Sequence record: DRR723986_11331
Length of the DNA stretch: 35,916 bases
Reading direction: 5' to 3' (one strand)
The position numbers and the translations under genes are program-made. Under the pieces are notes generated by a model. The model did no database searches, had not been told where the DNA came from, and saw nothing but the letters and a program-made list of their open reading frames with translations. Below are positions 1 through 8,086 of the stretch, in pieces. Within the stretch, counting starts at the first letter, position 1; each line of letters opens with the position of its first letter.

Positions 1-415
1 GCAAGACGCGATGATGCGGCTTTGGCGCATGGCTCCCAAGTGGGAGCAAGGGCAGGCCAAGGTTACGACCTGGCTGTATCGTGTGACGTTGAATTTGTGT
101 CTGGATCTAAAGCGCCTGCGGCGAACCGTCGACTTGGACGCAGTGGCAGAACCAGAAGATCCTGCGCGCAGTGTGCCAGAGCAAATGCAGGATGCGGCGC
201 GTGTTGATGCGTTGCAGGGGGCTTTGATGGAATTGCCAGAGCGGCAGCGCCAGGCGGTGGTTTTGCGCCACATTGAAGAGCTTTCAAACCCCGAGATTTC
301 GGGGATCATGGACATCAGCGTTGAGGCAGTCGAAAGTTTGACCGCCCGAGGCAAACGAACGTTGGCCAAAGCTTTGGCCGGGCGGCGTGCAGAACTGGGG
401 TATAGCGATGGCTGA
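1..415 (+). CDS. ECF RNA polymerase sigma-70 factor (5'-truncated by window edge)
   Basis: Frame is open to the window start. Region 2 motif TWLYRVTLNLCLD and region 4 LPERQRQAVVLRHIEELSNPEISGIMDISVEAVESLTARGK. Confidence 0.9.
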   Translation, partial: QDAMMRLWRMAPKWEQGQAKVTTWLYRVTLNLCLDLKRLRRTVDLDAVAEPEDPARSVPEQMQDAARVDALQGALMELPERQRQAVVLRHIEELSNPEISGIMDISVEAVESLTARGKRTLAKALAGRRAELGYSDG

Positions 416-767
416 CGAAGATCTGGATCTACTCTTTTCGCAAGCGCGGGACTCGCGCGATGCTATGCCGTCTGATCTAGCGACCCGAATGTTGCAGGAT
501 GCGGATGCCGTACAGGCAGAGTTAACCGCGCCACCCACGTCCGAGCACGTGCACCGCCACCGAGGGCTGTGGGCACAGGTGCAGCAAGCTTTGGGTGGAT
601 GGACCGGGATGAGCGGACTGGCGACCGCTTGTGCTGCTGGCGTTTGGATTGGGTTGGCACCGCCGGACTTCTTACCGGATCCTGTCGAGTTGGTGCTGCA
701 ACAACAAATGGAAACAGATCTGTTTCAGGAAACTGGGTTGGGCATGTTTCTGACCGAGGAGGGATAA
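408..767 (+). CDS. Putative single-TM anti-sigma factor-like protein
   Basis: ATG 408 overlaps the sigma stop. Short N-terminal helix (DLDLLFSQAR...LATRMLQDA) then hydrophobic GGWTGMSGLATACAAGVWIG; position directly after an ECF sigma gene. Confidence 0.6.
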   Translation: MADEDLDLLFSQARDSRDAMPSDLATRMLQDADAVQAELTAPPTSEHVHRHRGLWAQVQQALGGWTGMSGLATACAAGVWIGLAPPDFLPDPVELVLQQQMETDLFQETGLGMFLTEEG

Positions 768-1253
768 ATGAGCGAGCCAAAACAGAAAACACGGCTTTGG
801 TTGCGAGTCCTTCTGGGGGTTTCGTTGGGCTTGAACCTATTGGTTGCAGGATTGGCGGTCGGAGCCGTATTGCGCCTGGGAGGGCCGGACGGGATGCGTC
901 CGCCGCCGTCTAGTCTGGGATCAGCTTTGTTCCGTGCCATGCCACGTGAACATCGATCTGAAATGCATCAGAAATTTCGGGATCGTCGGGGCGATCGGGG
1001 CAAAAACAGAAAAAAGGATGCTCAGATGGTTGCCACGCTTTTGCGCGCGGTACCGTTTGATCCGGCAGCTTTGTCTACAGTGCTTAAAAAGCAAAAGCAG
1101 GACCGTGACGCGTTCTTTGAGACGCTGCAGACCTCATGGTTGGAGCGGATTAACGTGATGAGCGATGCCGAGCGATCAGATTATGCGGATCGACTGGAAA
1201 GCATGGCAAAGCACAAACGAAAGTGGTCGGACCGAAAGCGTGACGAACACTAA
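768..1253 (+). CDS. Periplasmic heavy-metal sensor / Spy-CpxP-like helical protein
   Basis: GAGGAGG RBS. N-terminal TM LLGVSLGLNLLVAGLAVG, helical body with PFDPAAL and MSDAER...ADRL typical of this family. Confidence 0.7.
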   Translation: MSEPKQKTRLWLRVLLGVSLGLNLLVAGLAVGAVLRLGGPDGMRPPPSSLGSALFRAMPREHRSEMHQKFRDRRGDRGKNRKKDAQMVATLLRAVPFDPAALSTVLKKQKQDRDAFFETLQTSWLERINVMSDAERSDYADRLESMAKHKRKWSDRKRDEH

Positions 1254-1263
1254 GTCCTGCAGG

Positions 1264-2658
1264 TCACGCAGCGGACGCGATCATGGATACTTGGTTGCGT
1301 CCCGCTCCTTTGGCCTCGTAGAGCGCGCGATCGGCTTGTTCGATCAGATCCGGAACTTGGTTGGATCGAATGCTTTTGCTCCGGGTTTCTGTGCGTTGCA
1401 GAGCCAGACCGATACTGGTGGTGACCTGAATTGGCTCGGGTAAGCCGCGGATTTCAAACGGTTCCCCGTTGATGCGACGGCATAGGCGATCAGCGATCTG
1501 AAGGGCCTCTATGCGGGTGGTGTTTGGCAAGACAATCATGAACTCTTCGCCACCAATTCGGGCAATCAGATCCGTTGGGCGCAGCTGAGTGCGCAGACGT
1601 TGGGCGGTTTCGACCAGCACTTTGTCCCCGACTGGGTGACCATAGGCATCATTGATGCTTTTGAAATGGTCCAGATCAGCCAGCATAACCGCAAAGCTTT
1701 CACCGGATTCAGCGGCGTTGCGGGCAATGCGGTGCAATTCGGGCAAAGCAAAGCGGCGATTGTGTAAGCCGGTCATGGGATCCGTCAAAGCTGCAAGAAG
1801 CCCATCCCGTACTGTATCGCGATAGCTTTCAGACCGGGCGCGGCGGCGCAGTTGTGTCTCAAGCCGAAGCACAAGCTCATCCACACAGAACCCAGAAGGC
1901 ATAACATCATCAGCTCCGCGATCTAGCGCATCGGCCGAAAGATAGGCGTTTGCAGGGTTTGGGATGGCAATGACGGCAGCGTGGCGGGTGCTACTGCGCG
2001 CGCGCAGGTCTGCAAGCAGGCGCAGCCCAGTTTCGCTGTCGCAGAGTTCAACAATGATAGCGTCCGGGGTGCGGTCGCTTAGCAAACTCTGAATGTCGTC
2101 GATTTTGTGCAGGTCCAGCTGATGGCGGGTATTGCCTTTGAGGCGGGCGCGCCAGATGGCCCCTGTGCCGGGGCTTTGGGTTACCACAGCGATATTGGCA
2201 GCAGGCAACAGAGTTGGAAAACCCGCTGCGGGTTCTGCCATGCCTACAGGCTGTGCCCCGCTTTGAATACGCAGCTCTTCGGCGGTTGTATGAGCCCGGA
2301 TCAAGCTGCGGATGCGTGCGAGAAGGATCACATCGTCATAAGGCTGGCTAAGCACATCTTCGATGCCGGCGCCCAAAGCGCGGAAATTGGCTTTGCGATC
2401 ATTTTCAGCAGTCACTGCGATGATTGGGATGCCAGCGAGTTCTTCGTCCACCTGTAAGGCGGCACGTACGTCAAGCGCATCCCCATCCGGTAGAGACATG
2501 GCAGTCAAAATAAGGTCTGGCCTGACACGGCGCACAAGGGGCACCAGCCCCTCAAGCCGGTCGCCTTGAGCCACACGGTACCAAGCAGCCGAAAGCTGCA
2601 CTTTGAGCATGATCCGATTGGTGGAGACACCATCGAGTACTAATATTGTTCCCTGCAC
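1264..2658 (-). CDS. pleD: PleD-like REC-REC-GGDEF diguanylate cyclase
   Basis: Probable GTG start at 2658 (VQGTILVLD), two receiver-like folds, TDPMTGLHNRR, DLDHFKSINDAYGH, RxxD I-site (RPTD) and intact GGEEF. Confidence 0.85.
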   Translation of the reverse strand: MQGTILVLDGVSTNRIMLKVQLSAAWYRVAQGDRLEGLVPLVRRVRPDLILTAMSLPDGDALDVRAALQVDEELAGIPIIAVTAENDRKANFRALGAGIEDVLSQPYDDVILLARIRSLIRAHTTAEELRIQSGAQPVGMAEPAAGFPTLLPAANIAVVTQSPGTGAIWRARLKGNTRHQLDLHKIDDIQSLLSDRTPDAIIVELCDSETGLRLLADLRARSSTRHAAVIAIPNPANAYLSADALDRGADDVMPSGFCVDELVLRLETQLRRRARSESYRDTVRDGLLAALTDPMTGLHNRRFALPELHRIARNAAESGESFAVMLADLDHFKSINDAYGHPVGDKVLVETAQRLRTQLRPTDLIARIGGEEFMIVLPNTTRIEALQIADRLCRRINGEPFEIRGLPEPIQVTTSIGLALQRTETRSKSIRSNQVPDLIEQADRALYEAKGAGRNQVSMIASAA

Positions 2659-2690
2659 GGCGTTAGCCTTTCGACTATTGCTTTCATTTG

Positions 2691-2721
2691 TTGTTAAATT
2701 GTTTATGAGACAGGTTAACAA
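2691..2721. promoter_or_regulatory. Possible CtrA-type sites in the divergent pleD / DUF3572 promoter
   Basis: Inverted TTGTTAA-N17-TTAACAA; each arm carries a TTAAC half-site with a degenerate partner at N7. Confidence 0.4.
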
Positions 2722-2753
2722 ACCCTTTCCGCGCCAGAGACACGGGAACATTT

Positions 2754-3038
2754 ATGCAACTTTCCGCCGATGCATCCGAAACCCTGGCGCTGAAAGCGTT
2801 GGCTTGGTTGGTCACCAATGATGAGCTTTTGCCCGTGTTTTTAGGGGCTACGGGGGCTTCAGAAGCCGACATTCGGGCACGTGTCAGTGATCCAGAGTTT
2901 CTTGGGTCCGTGTTGGACTTTCTTATGATGGATGATGCCTGGGTGATCGCATTTTGTGATGCGAGCGAGATAAAATATGACTTGCCGATGCACGCGCGCG
3001 CTGTTTTGGTCGGCGCGGCTGACACGCACTGGACCTAA
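2754..3038 (+). CDS. DUF3572 family protein
   Basis: 94 aa, AETLALKALAWL...FLGATG...DPEFLGSVLDFL pattern; divergent from pleD as is usual in Alphaproteobacteria. Confidence 0.8.
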   Translation: MQLSADASETLALKALAWLVTNDELLPVFLGATGASEADIRARVSDPEFLGSVLDFLMMDDAWVIAFCDASEIKYDLPMHARAVLVGAADTHWT

Positions 3039-3074
3039 TCCGTTAACCTCTCAACCACCGGAGTACCCCCCGCA

Positions 3075-3764
3075 ATGGCTATCTCTGCTTTGCTGTTTGA
3101 TAAAGACGGCACGCTTTTTGATTTCGCTGCAACCTGGGAAAGCTTTGCCCGCGCGTTTCTTTTGCGGGTTTGCGACAATGAAGAAATCCGCGCGACGGCT
3201 GTTGGCCTGACCATTGGGTTCGACATGCAAAGCAACAGCTTTTCCCGTGACAGCATTGTCATCGCTGGCACGCCTTCGGAAATTGCGGCGACCCTATTGC
3301 CGCATTTCCCGGAAACCACTCAGGATGCGCTTGTTGTGTTGTTGAACGAAGAAGCAGCAAACGCGCCCCAAGCCGAAGCCGTGCCTTTGGCTTCGTTTTT
3401 GGACAACCTCCGGGGGCAGGGGCTCAAGCTTGGAGTGGCAACAAATGATGCCGAAGCACCTGCTATGGCACATCTGACCAAAGCCGGTGTTTCGGGCCGC
3501 TTTGATTTCATCGCGGGGTTTGACAGTGGCCATGGGGCCAAGCCCGGGCCCGGCCAGTTGCTTGCGTTTGCCAAACACATCGGGATGGAGCCGACGCAAA
3601 TCGCGATGGTGGGGGACAGCACCCATGATCTGATCGCGGGGCGCGCAGCGGGCATGACCACGATTGGTGTTCTGACAGGCATGGCGCAGGCCGAAGATCT
3701 TGCCCCGCACGCAGATGTTGTTCTGCCTGATATTGGGCATATCCCGGCTTGGCTGGCGGCTTAA
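3075..3764 (+). CDS. HAD-family hydrolase (phosphoglycolate phosphatase-like)
   Basis: Motif I FDKDGTL, motif II ATND, KPGP, motif IV VGDSTHD. Confidence 0.9.
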   Translation: MAISALLFDKDGTLFDFAATWESFARAFLLRVCDNEEIRATAVGLTIGFDMQSNSFSRDSIVIAGTPSEIAATLLPHFPETTQDALVVLLNEEAANAPQAEAVPLASFLDNLRGQGLKLGVATNDAEAPAMAHLTKAGVSGRFDFIAGFDSGHGAKPGPGQLLAFAKHIGMEPTQIAMVGDSTHDLIAGRAAGMTTIGVLTGMAQAEDLAPHADVVLPDIGHIPAWLAA

Positions 3765-3801
3765 ACGTCTATCGCGTCTTGAATTCGCCGGTCTAAGAGT
3801 G

Positions 3802-3826
3802 GAACGCGACATTTTCTGTCGCGTTC
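3802..3826. promoter_or_regulatory. Perfect 10-bp inverted repeat between HAD gene and mttB (operator or terminator)
   Basis: GAACGCGACA-TTTTC-TGTCGCGTTC. Confidence 0.5.
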
Positions 3827-3887
3827 GGAGCGGAGACGCGCGACTGCCTTGGTGCCTTCTGGTTCATAAGAGAACCGGGAGAATACC

Positions 3888-5447
3888 ATGACAGATAATT
3901 CAGCACGCCGACGTCGCGGTGGTGGGCGCGCCGGAGCAGCAGCGCGCCGGGGCGGGGATGTGATCGAACAGATGCCATGGCGTTTGCCGGTCAACGTAGA
4001 TCGCCCAACTGAACCTCTGGGGCCCGAAGGGGTCGAAGCGATTCACGAGGGCGCCATGCGGATCCTCGAAGAGGTTGGTGTGGCATTTCTGAACACCGAA
4101 GCGCTGGGTCTGCTGCGCAAAGCCGGATGTAAGATCGACGGCGACATCGTACGTTTTGATCGCCATTGGATCATGGAAATGGTGGGTAAAGCCCCCAGCA
4201 CCTTTACCATCACACCGCGCAACACGGATCGCGAGCTGACCGTAGGCGGCAATACTATGCTGTTTGGCAACGTGTCTTCGCCTCCGAATTACTGGGACAT
4301 GTCCATCGGGAAAAAAGTGCCCGGAACGCGCGAGATGTGCGCCAACTTGTTGAAACTCACGCAGTATTTCAACTGTATCCACTTTGCGGGCGGGTACCCG
4401 GTTGAACCGGTGGATATTCACGCCTCGGTCCGTCATTTGGACGTGTTATACGATAAGCTGACGATCACCGACAAAGCGATGCATGCCTATTCCTTGGGAA
4501 AAGAGCGTGTCGAAGATGTCATGGAAATGGTGCGGATCGCGGGTGGGTTGACCGAAGAGGAATTCCAAGCCAAGCCACGCATGTACACCAATATCAACTC
4601 GACCTCTCCGCTGAAACATGACCATCCGATGATTGATGGCTGTTTGCGGTTGGCGCGCCGGGGGCAAGCGATTGTTGTTACGCCCTTTACGCTGGCGGGG
4701 GCGATGGCACCGGTGACCATGGCAGGCGCAGTCGCGCAATCCTTGGCCGAAGCGCTGTGCGCAATTGCGCTGTTCCAATATGTGAAACCCGGTATTCCCT
4801 GTGTCATCGGCACGTTCACGTCGAATGTTGACATGAAATCTGGTGCGCCTGCTTTTGGGACGCCGGAATATATGCGTGCGACGCAGATGACGGGGCAGAT
4901 GGCGCGGTTCTATGGCCTGCCGATGCGCAGCTCTGGCGTGTGTGCAGCGAATGTTCCCGACGGCCAAGCCATGTGGGAAACGTCAAATTCGCTCTGGGCG
5001 TCGGTGCAGTCGGGCACCAACATGGTGTATCACGCTGCGGGTTGGTTAGAGGGCGGTTTGATCGCAAGCCCCGAAAAGTTCATTATGGATTGTGAAATCC
5101 TGCAGCAGATCCAACGGTATATGGAGCCAGAGATAACAGCGACGGGCCCAGAAGAAATCGCGTTGGATGCGATCAAATCTGTCGGCAACGACGGGCACTT
5201 CTTTGGCATCAAACACACCCAGGATCGGTATACATCTGCGTTTTACCAACCCTTCTTGAGTGATTGGAAAAATTACGAAGGCTGGGAGGTTGCCGGGGCG
5301 ATTTGGACCCCGGAGCGCGCGCACCATATGTTCAAGGAAATCATCGCCAATTTCGAAGAGCCGCCGATGGATATCGCGATCCGCGAAGAATTGGCCGACT
5401 TCGTCGCCCGGCGCAAATCCGAAGGGGGCGCGCCGACCGATTTCTAA
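3888..5447 (+). CDS. mttB: Trimethylamine methyltransferase (MttB superfamily, non-pyrrolysine)
   Basis: 519 aa with Arg-rich N-terminus, NSTSPL, GAMAPVTMAG, VDMKSGAPAFGTPE, HAAGWLEGGL. No in-frame amber codon. Confidence 0.9.
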   Translation: MTDNSARRRRGGGRAGAAARRGGDVIEQMPWRLPVNVDRPTEPLGPEGVEAIHEGAMRILEEVGVAFLNTEALGLLRKAGCKIDGDIVRFDRHWIMEMVGKAPSTFTITPRNTDRELTVGGNTMLFGNVSSPPNYWDMSIGKKVPGTREMCANLLKLTQYFNCIHFAGGYPVEPVDIHASVRHLDVLYDKLTITDKAMHAYSLGKERVEDVMEMVRIAGGLTEEEFQAKPRMYTNINSTSPLKHDHPMIDGCLRLARRGQAIVVTPFTLAGAMAPVTMAGAVAQSLAEALCAIALFQYVKPGIPCVIGTFTSNVDMKSGAPAFGTPEYMRATQMTGQMARFYGLPMRSSGVCAANVPDGQAMWETSNSLWASVQSGTNMVYHAAGWLEGGLIASPEKFIMDCEILQQIQRYMEPEITATGPEEIALDAIKSVGNDGHFFGIKHTQDRYTSAFYQPFLSDWKNYEGWEVAGAIWTPERAHHMFKEIIANFEEPPMDIAIREELADFVARRKSEGGAPTDF

Positions 5448-5471
5448 AGGCGGTTTGCAAGAGTTCTGGCG

Positions 5472-5503
5472 TCCCCAAGCAGAGCACGCGCTTTGCTTGG
5501 GGA
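5472..5503 (+). terminator. Stem-loop downstream of mttB
   Basis: TCCCCAAGCAGAGC-ACGC-GCTTTGCTTGGGGA, 14-bp stem with one G-U pair; weak U tail. Confidence 0.6.
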
Positions 5504-5631
5504 TTAGTCATGCGTGGACGGTAACTGGGCCTGCCGGTTCACTGTGACATTTGGCCAAACCACCACATCTGGTGCGAGGCGATGCAGGTTGTTACCCTTG
5601 CTCATAGGGTGCAGCAATAAAGGCCTCTCAC

Positions 5632-7410
5632 ATGTCTGATCAAACAGAGACCACCGTCGTGTGGAACAGAGTGGCGTTGTTCTGGATCGGTGGGTTGAGC
5701 GCAGTTGCGATTTGGGCGCTGGGTGAAAACTGGGACAATCCGCTGATTTCACCGACAGTTTACTTGGCGTTGTTCACTTTTGTCGCGGTTCACGCGTCGG
5801 TGGCCTTGGCGCTGGCAGGGCCAATCGGACCGGTGCGTGCAATTTTTAGTGCTTTGGTCCTGTCCCTACCGGTAACGGGCTTGATCAGTCTTGCTGCATT
5901 ACGATTTACTCAGGCTACCGAGCTGCTTGATGAACCCATCATGCTAAGCGTCACACTGATGTTGGTCTTTTTATCGACACCGTTTTTGTCGGTTTGGATG
6001 CAAGACAAACACGCGGTTTTGAAATACAGCGCTTTGTTTGAAACGGCATGGCTCATAACGATCCGATATGGCGTCGCGCTTTGTTTTGTTGGTGTCTTTT
6101 GGGTGGTTGTCTTTCTGTCCGACAGCTTGCTGGAGCTGGTCCAGATCTCGATTGTTGATACGCTTCTCAGAACGGATTGGGTGCGCTTTTTCCTGAGCGG
6201 GGCTGTCTTTGGTTTGGGCTTGGCGGTTGTTTACGAGCTGCGCACCACGATGTCGCCCTTTGTGGCGCTGCGGTTGTTGCGCCTGCTCGTGCCCGTTGTC
6301 TTGGGTGTCATCGGTGTCTTTCTCATTGCGATCCCGATACGTGGACTAACCCATGTGTTTGGTGACTTTTCGGCGGCAGCCACATTGATGGTTACGGTGC
6401 TGGTTTCGATTACGTTGATTTCAACCGCTTTGGACCGGGGGCGTGAATACGAGGTCAGGCATCGTGGTTTGCGATCTGCGACACGCGGGCTTGCGATGGT
6501 ATTGCCCATTTTGGCCGGTTTGGCGGGGTGGGCGGTGTGGCTGCGTGTGGGGGCTTATGGCTGGACGCCGGATCGCGTTCTTGCCGCTATGGTGGCCTTG
6601 TTTGTGTTGTCCTATGGGGTCGGATATTGCGCCGCGGCTGTCTTTGGTCAGGATTGGATGCGCCGGATACGTGCGCTGAATGTGGCGTTGGTGATTGGCG
6701 TGATTGCTGCGCTGGTGTTTTGGATGACCCCTGTGCTGGATCCTTATCGCATCGCAACGCGCAGTCAGATCAATCGGTTTGAACAGGGGCACAGTACCGC
6801 CAACCAGTTGCCGCTGTGGTCCATGGCACACGAGTGGGGCCGGGCCGGGCAGACAGGGCTTGAGGACTTGTCGATCATCGCTCAAGAAAGCGGAGCGCAA
6901 GATCTGGTGTCTCGCATCGCCGAAGCGCAAACCGCGACGAGCCCGTTCATCTTTGAGCGCTCGGTCGTCGATCTTGGCCGACCCGACACGCTGGAAGAGA
7001 TACTGTCCGTGATGCCTGCGCGTCCGCTGGGGGTTCGGTTGCCAGTAGAGTTGATGTCCAAAGTTCCGGCGTACCGTCTGGAACAATGGGCGCGCGGATG
7101 TCGAGAGATCTTGGGGAGCGGGGGGCCAGGGTGTGTGTTTGTGCAAGGTGCATTTATGCCGGGCGTTCCTGCACTGGATCAGGGGATGGTTCTTTATCTT
7201 GCCGAAGGGGACGTGGTTCGGGGCAATCACGTGATGGTCCGAGGTGCAGAGCGCGCCGTGGTGCGCGATCTTTTTGATCCAATGGATGACACCTGGCCTG
7301 AACTTTCGCTTGCGACCTTAAAAGCGGTGTTGGACGAGCAATTCATAGTTGCACCCAGCGGGAAACAAGCGCTGATCGTTGGGGGAAAGGTCCTGGCTCC
7401 GGCAAACTAA
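5632..7410 (+). CDS. Polytopic membrane protein, DUF4153-like
   Basis: About 11-12 hydrophobic segments, RVGAYGWTPDR motif, PVLDPYRIATRSQINR, then a soluble C-terminal domain. Confidence 0.75.
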   Translation: MSDQTETTVVWNRVALFWIGGLSAVAIWALGENWDNPLISPTVYLALFTFVAVHASVALALAGPIGPVRAIFSALVLSLPVTGLISLAALRFTQATELLDEPIMLSVTLMLVFLSTPFLSVWMQDKHAVLKYSALFETAWLITIRYGVALCFVGVFWVVVFLSDSLLELVQISIVDTLLRTDWVRFFLSGAVFGLGLAVVYELRTTMSPFVALRLLRLLVPVVLGVIGVFLIAIPIRGLTHVFGDFSAAATLMVTVLVSITLISTALDRGREYEVRHRGLRSATRGLAMVLPILAGLAGWAVWLRVGAYGWTPDRVLAAMVALFVLSYGVGYCAAAVFGQDWMRRIRALNVALVIGVIAALVFWMTPVLDPYRIATRSQINRFEQGHSTANQLPLWSMAHEWGRAGQTGLEDLSIIAQESGAQDLVSRIAEAQTATSPFIFERSVVDLGRPDTLEEILSVMPARPLGVRLPVELMSKVPAYRLEQWARGCREILGSGGPGCVFVQGAFMPGVPALDQGMVLYLAEGDVVRGNHVMVRGAERAVVRDLFDPMDDTWPELSLATLKAVLDEQFIVAPSGKQALIVGGKVLAPAN

Positions 7411-7416
7411 ATACAA

Positions 7417-7430
7417 TTGAACAAACTCAA
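7417..7430. promoter_or_regulatory. FNR/DNR-like box upstream of H-NOX gene
   Basis: TTGA-ACAAAC-TCAA fits TTGA-N6-TCAA, about 70 nt upstream of the ATG at 7499. Confidence 0.4.
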
Positions 7431-7498
7431 CTTGGCGCGTTGGCTGTTTTTTAAGAACTCGAGGGCGAAGGTGGCCCTGAACAACTTGGGGACCGTGT

Positions 7499-8086
7499 AT
7501 GCATGGTTTAATCAACAAAGCGATTCAATCGTTTGTCTGCAATACATATGGTCTAAGCCGGTGGGTTCAGATCACCGAAGCAGCACAGCTGGGTTTTGTC
7601 GAATTCGAAGCAATGTTGGTTTATGATGATGACACCTCGATGCGGGTGCTGGCTGAGCTGTGCAATGAAATGGATCGCCCCCAAAACGAAGTGTTAGAGG
7701 ATGTAGGGACCTATCTGGTGTCGAACCCTGCAACCGAAGCCTTGAGGCGGTTGTTGAGGTTTGGTGGCGTGACCTATGTCGAATTCCTACATTCGCTGGA
7801 CGATTTGCCAGATCGGGCGCGCTTGGCGGTTTCGGATCTGTCGCTTCCTCCCTTGGAATTAAGGGAACACACGCAGGGCCAATTCACCTTGACCTGTCAC
7901 CCCGGGTTGCCGGGGTATGCCAACGTCATGATGGGGGTCCTGCGTGCCATGGCGGATGACTATGGGGCCTTGGTGTTCCTGGATCATGATGGAAAACACG
8001 GAGAATCCGAGGTGATATCGATTACCTTGGTTGAAACAGCATTTTCCGAAGGGCGTAGTTTTGATTTGGGAGCACGAGCCAGATGA
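7499..8086 (+). CDS. H-NOX (heme NO-binding, HNOB) domain protein, degenerate heme site
   Basis: MHGLINKAIQSFV..YG...W start, VYDD, EFLHSLDDL, MGVLRAMA; 195 aa. Confidence 0.85.
   Translation: MHGLINKAIQSFVCNTYGLSRWVQITEAAQLGFVEFEAMLVYDDDTSMRVLAELCNEMDRPQNEVLEDVGTYLVSNPATEALRRLLRFGGVTYVEFLHSLDDLPDRARLAVSDLSLPPLELREHTQGQFTLTCHPGLPGYANVMMGVLRAMADDYGALVFLDHDGKHGESEVISITLVETAFSEGRSFDLGARAR

Noticed and set aside
2659-2751. N-terminal extensions in the ORF track (also 9973, 11675, 18226, 21102, 23041, 24872, 34986)
   Set aside because: They overlap neighbouring genes or promoters; downstream starts with an RBS or stop/start coupling fit better.
3888-5447. Pyrrolysine recoding in mttB
   Set aside because: The ORF is uninterrupted with no in-frame TAG, and no pyl genes are present.
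6421-7230. Long antisense ORFs (e.g. 6421-7230, 17111-17701, 20141-20743)
   Set aside because: Shadow frames of well-supported genes in GC-rich DNA, with no recognisable motifs.
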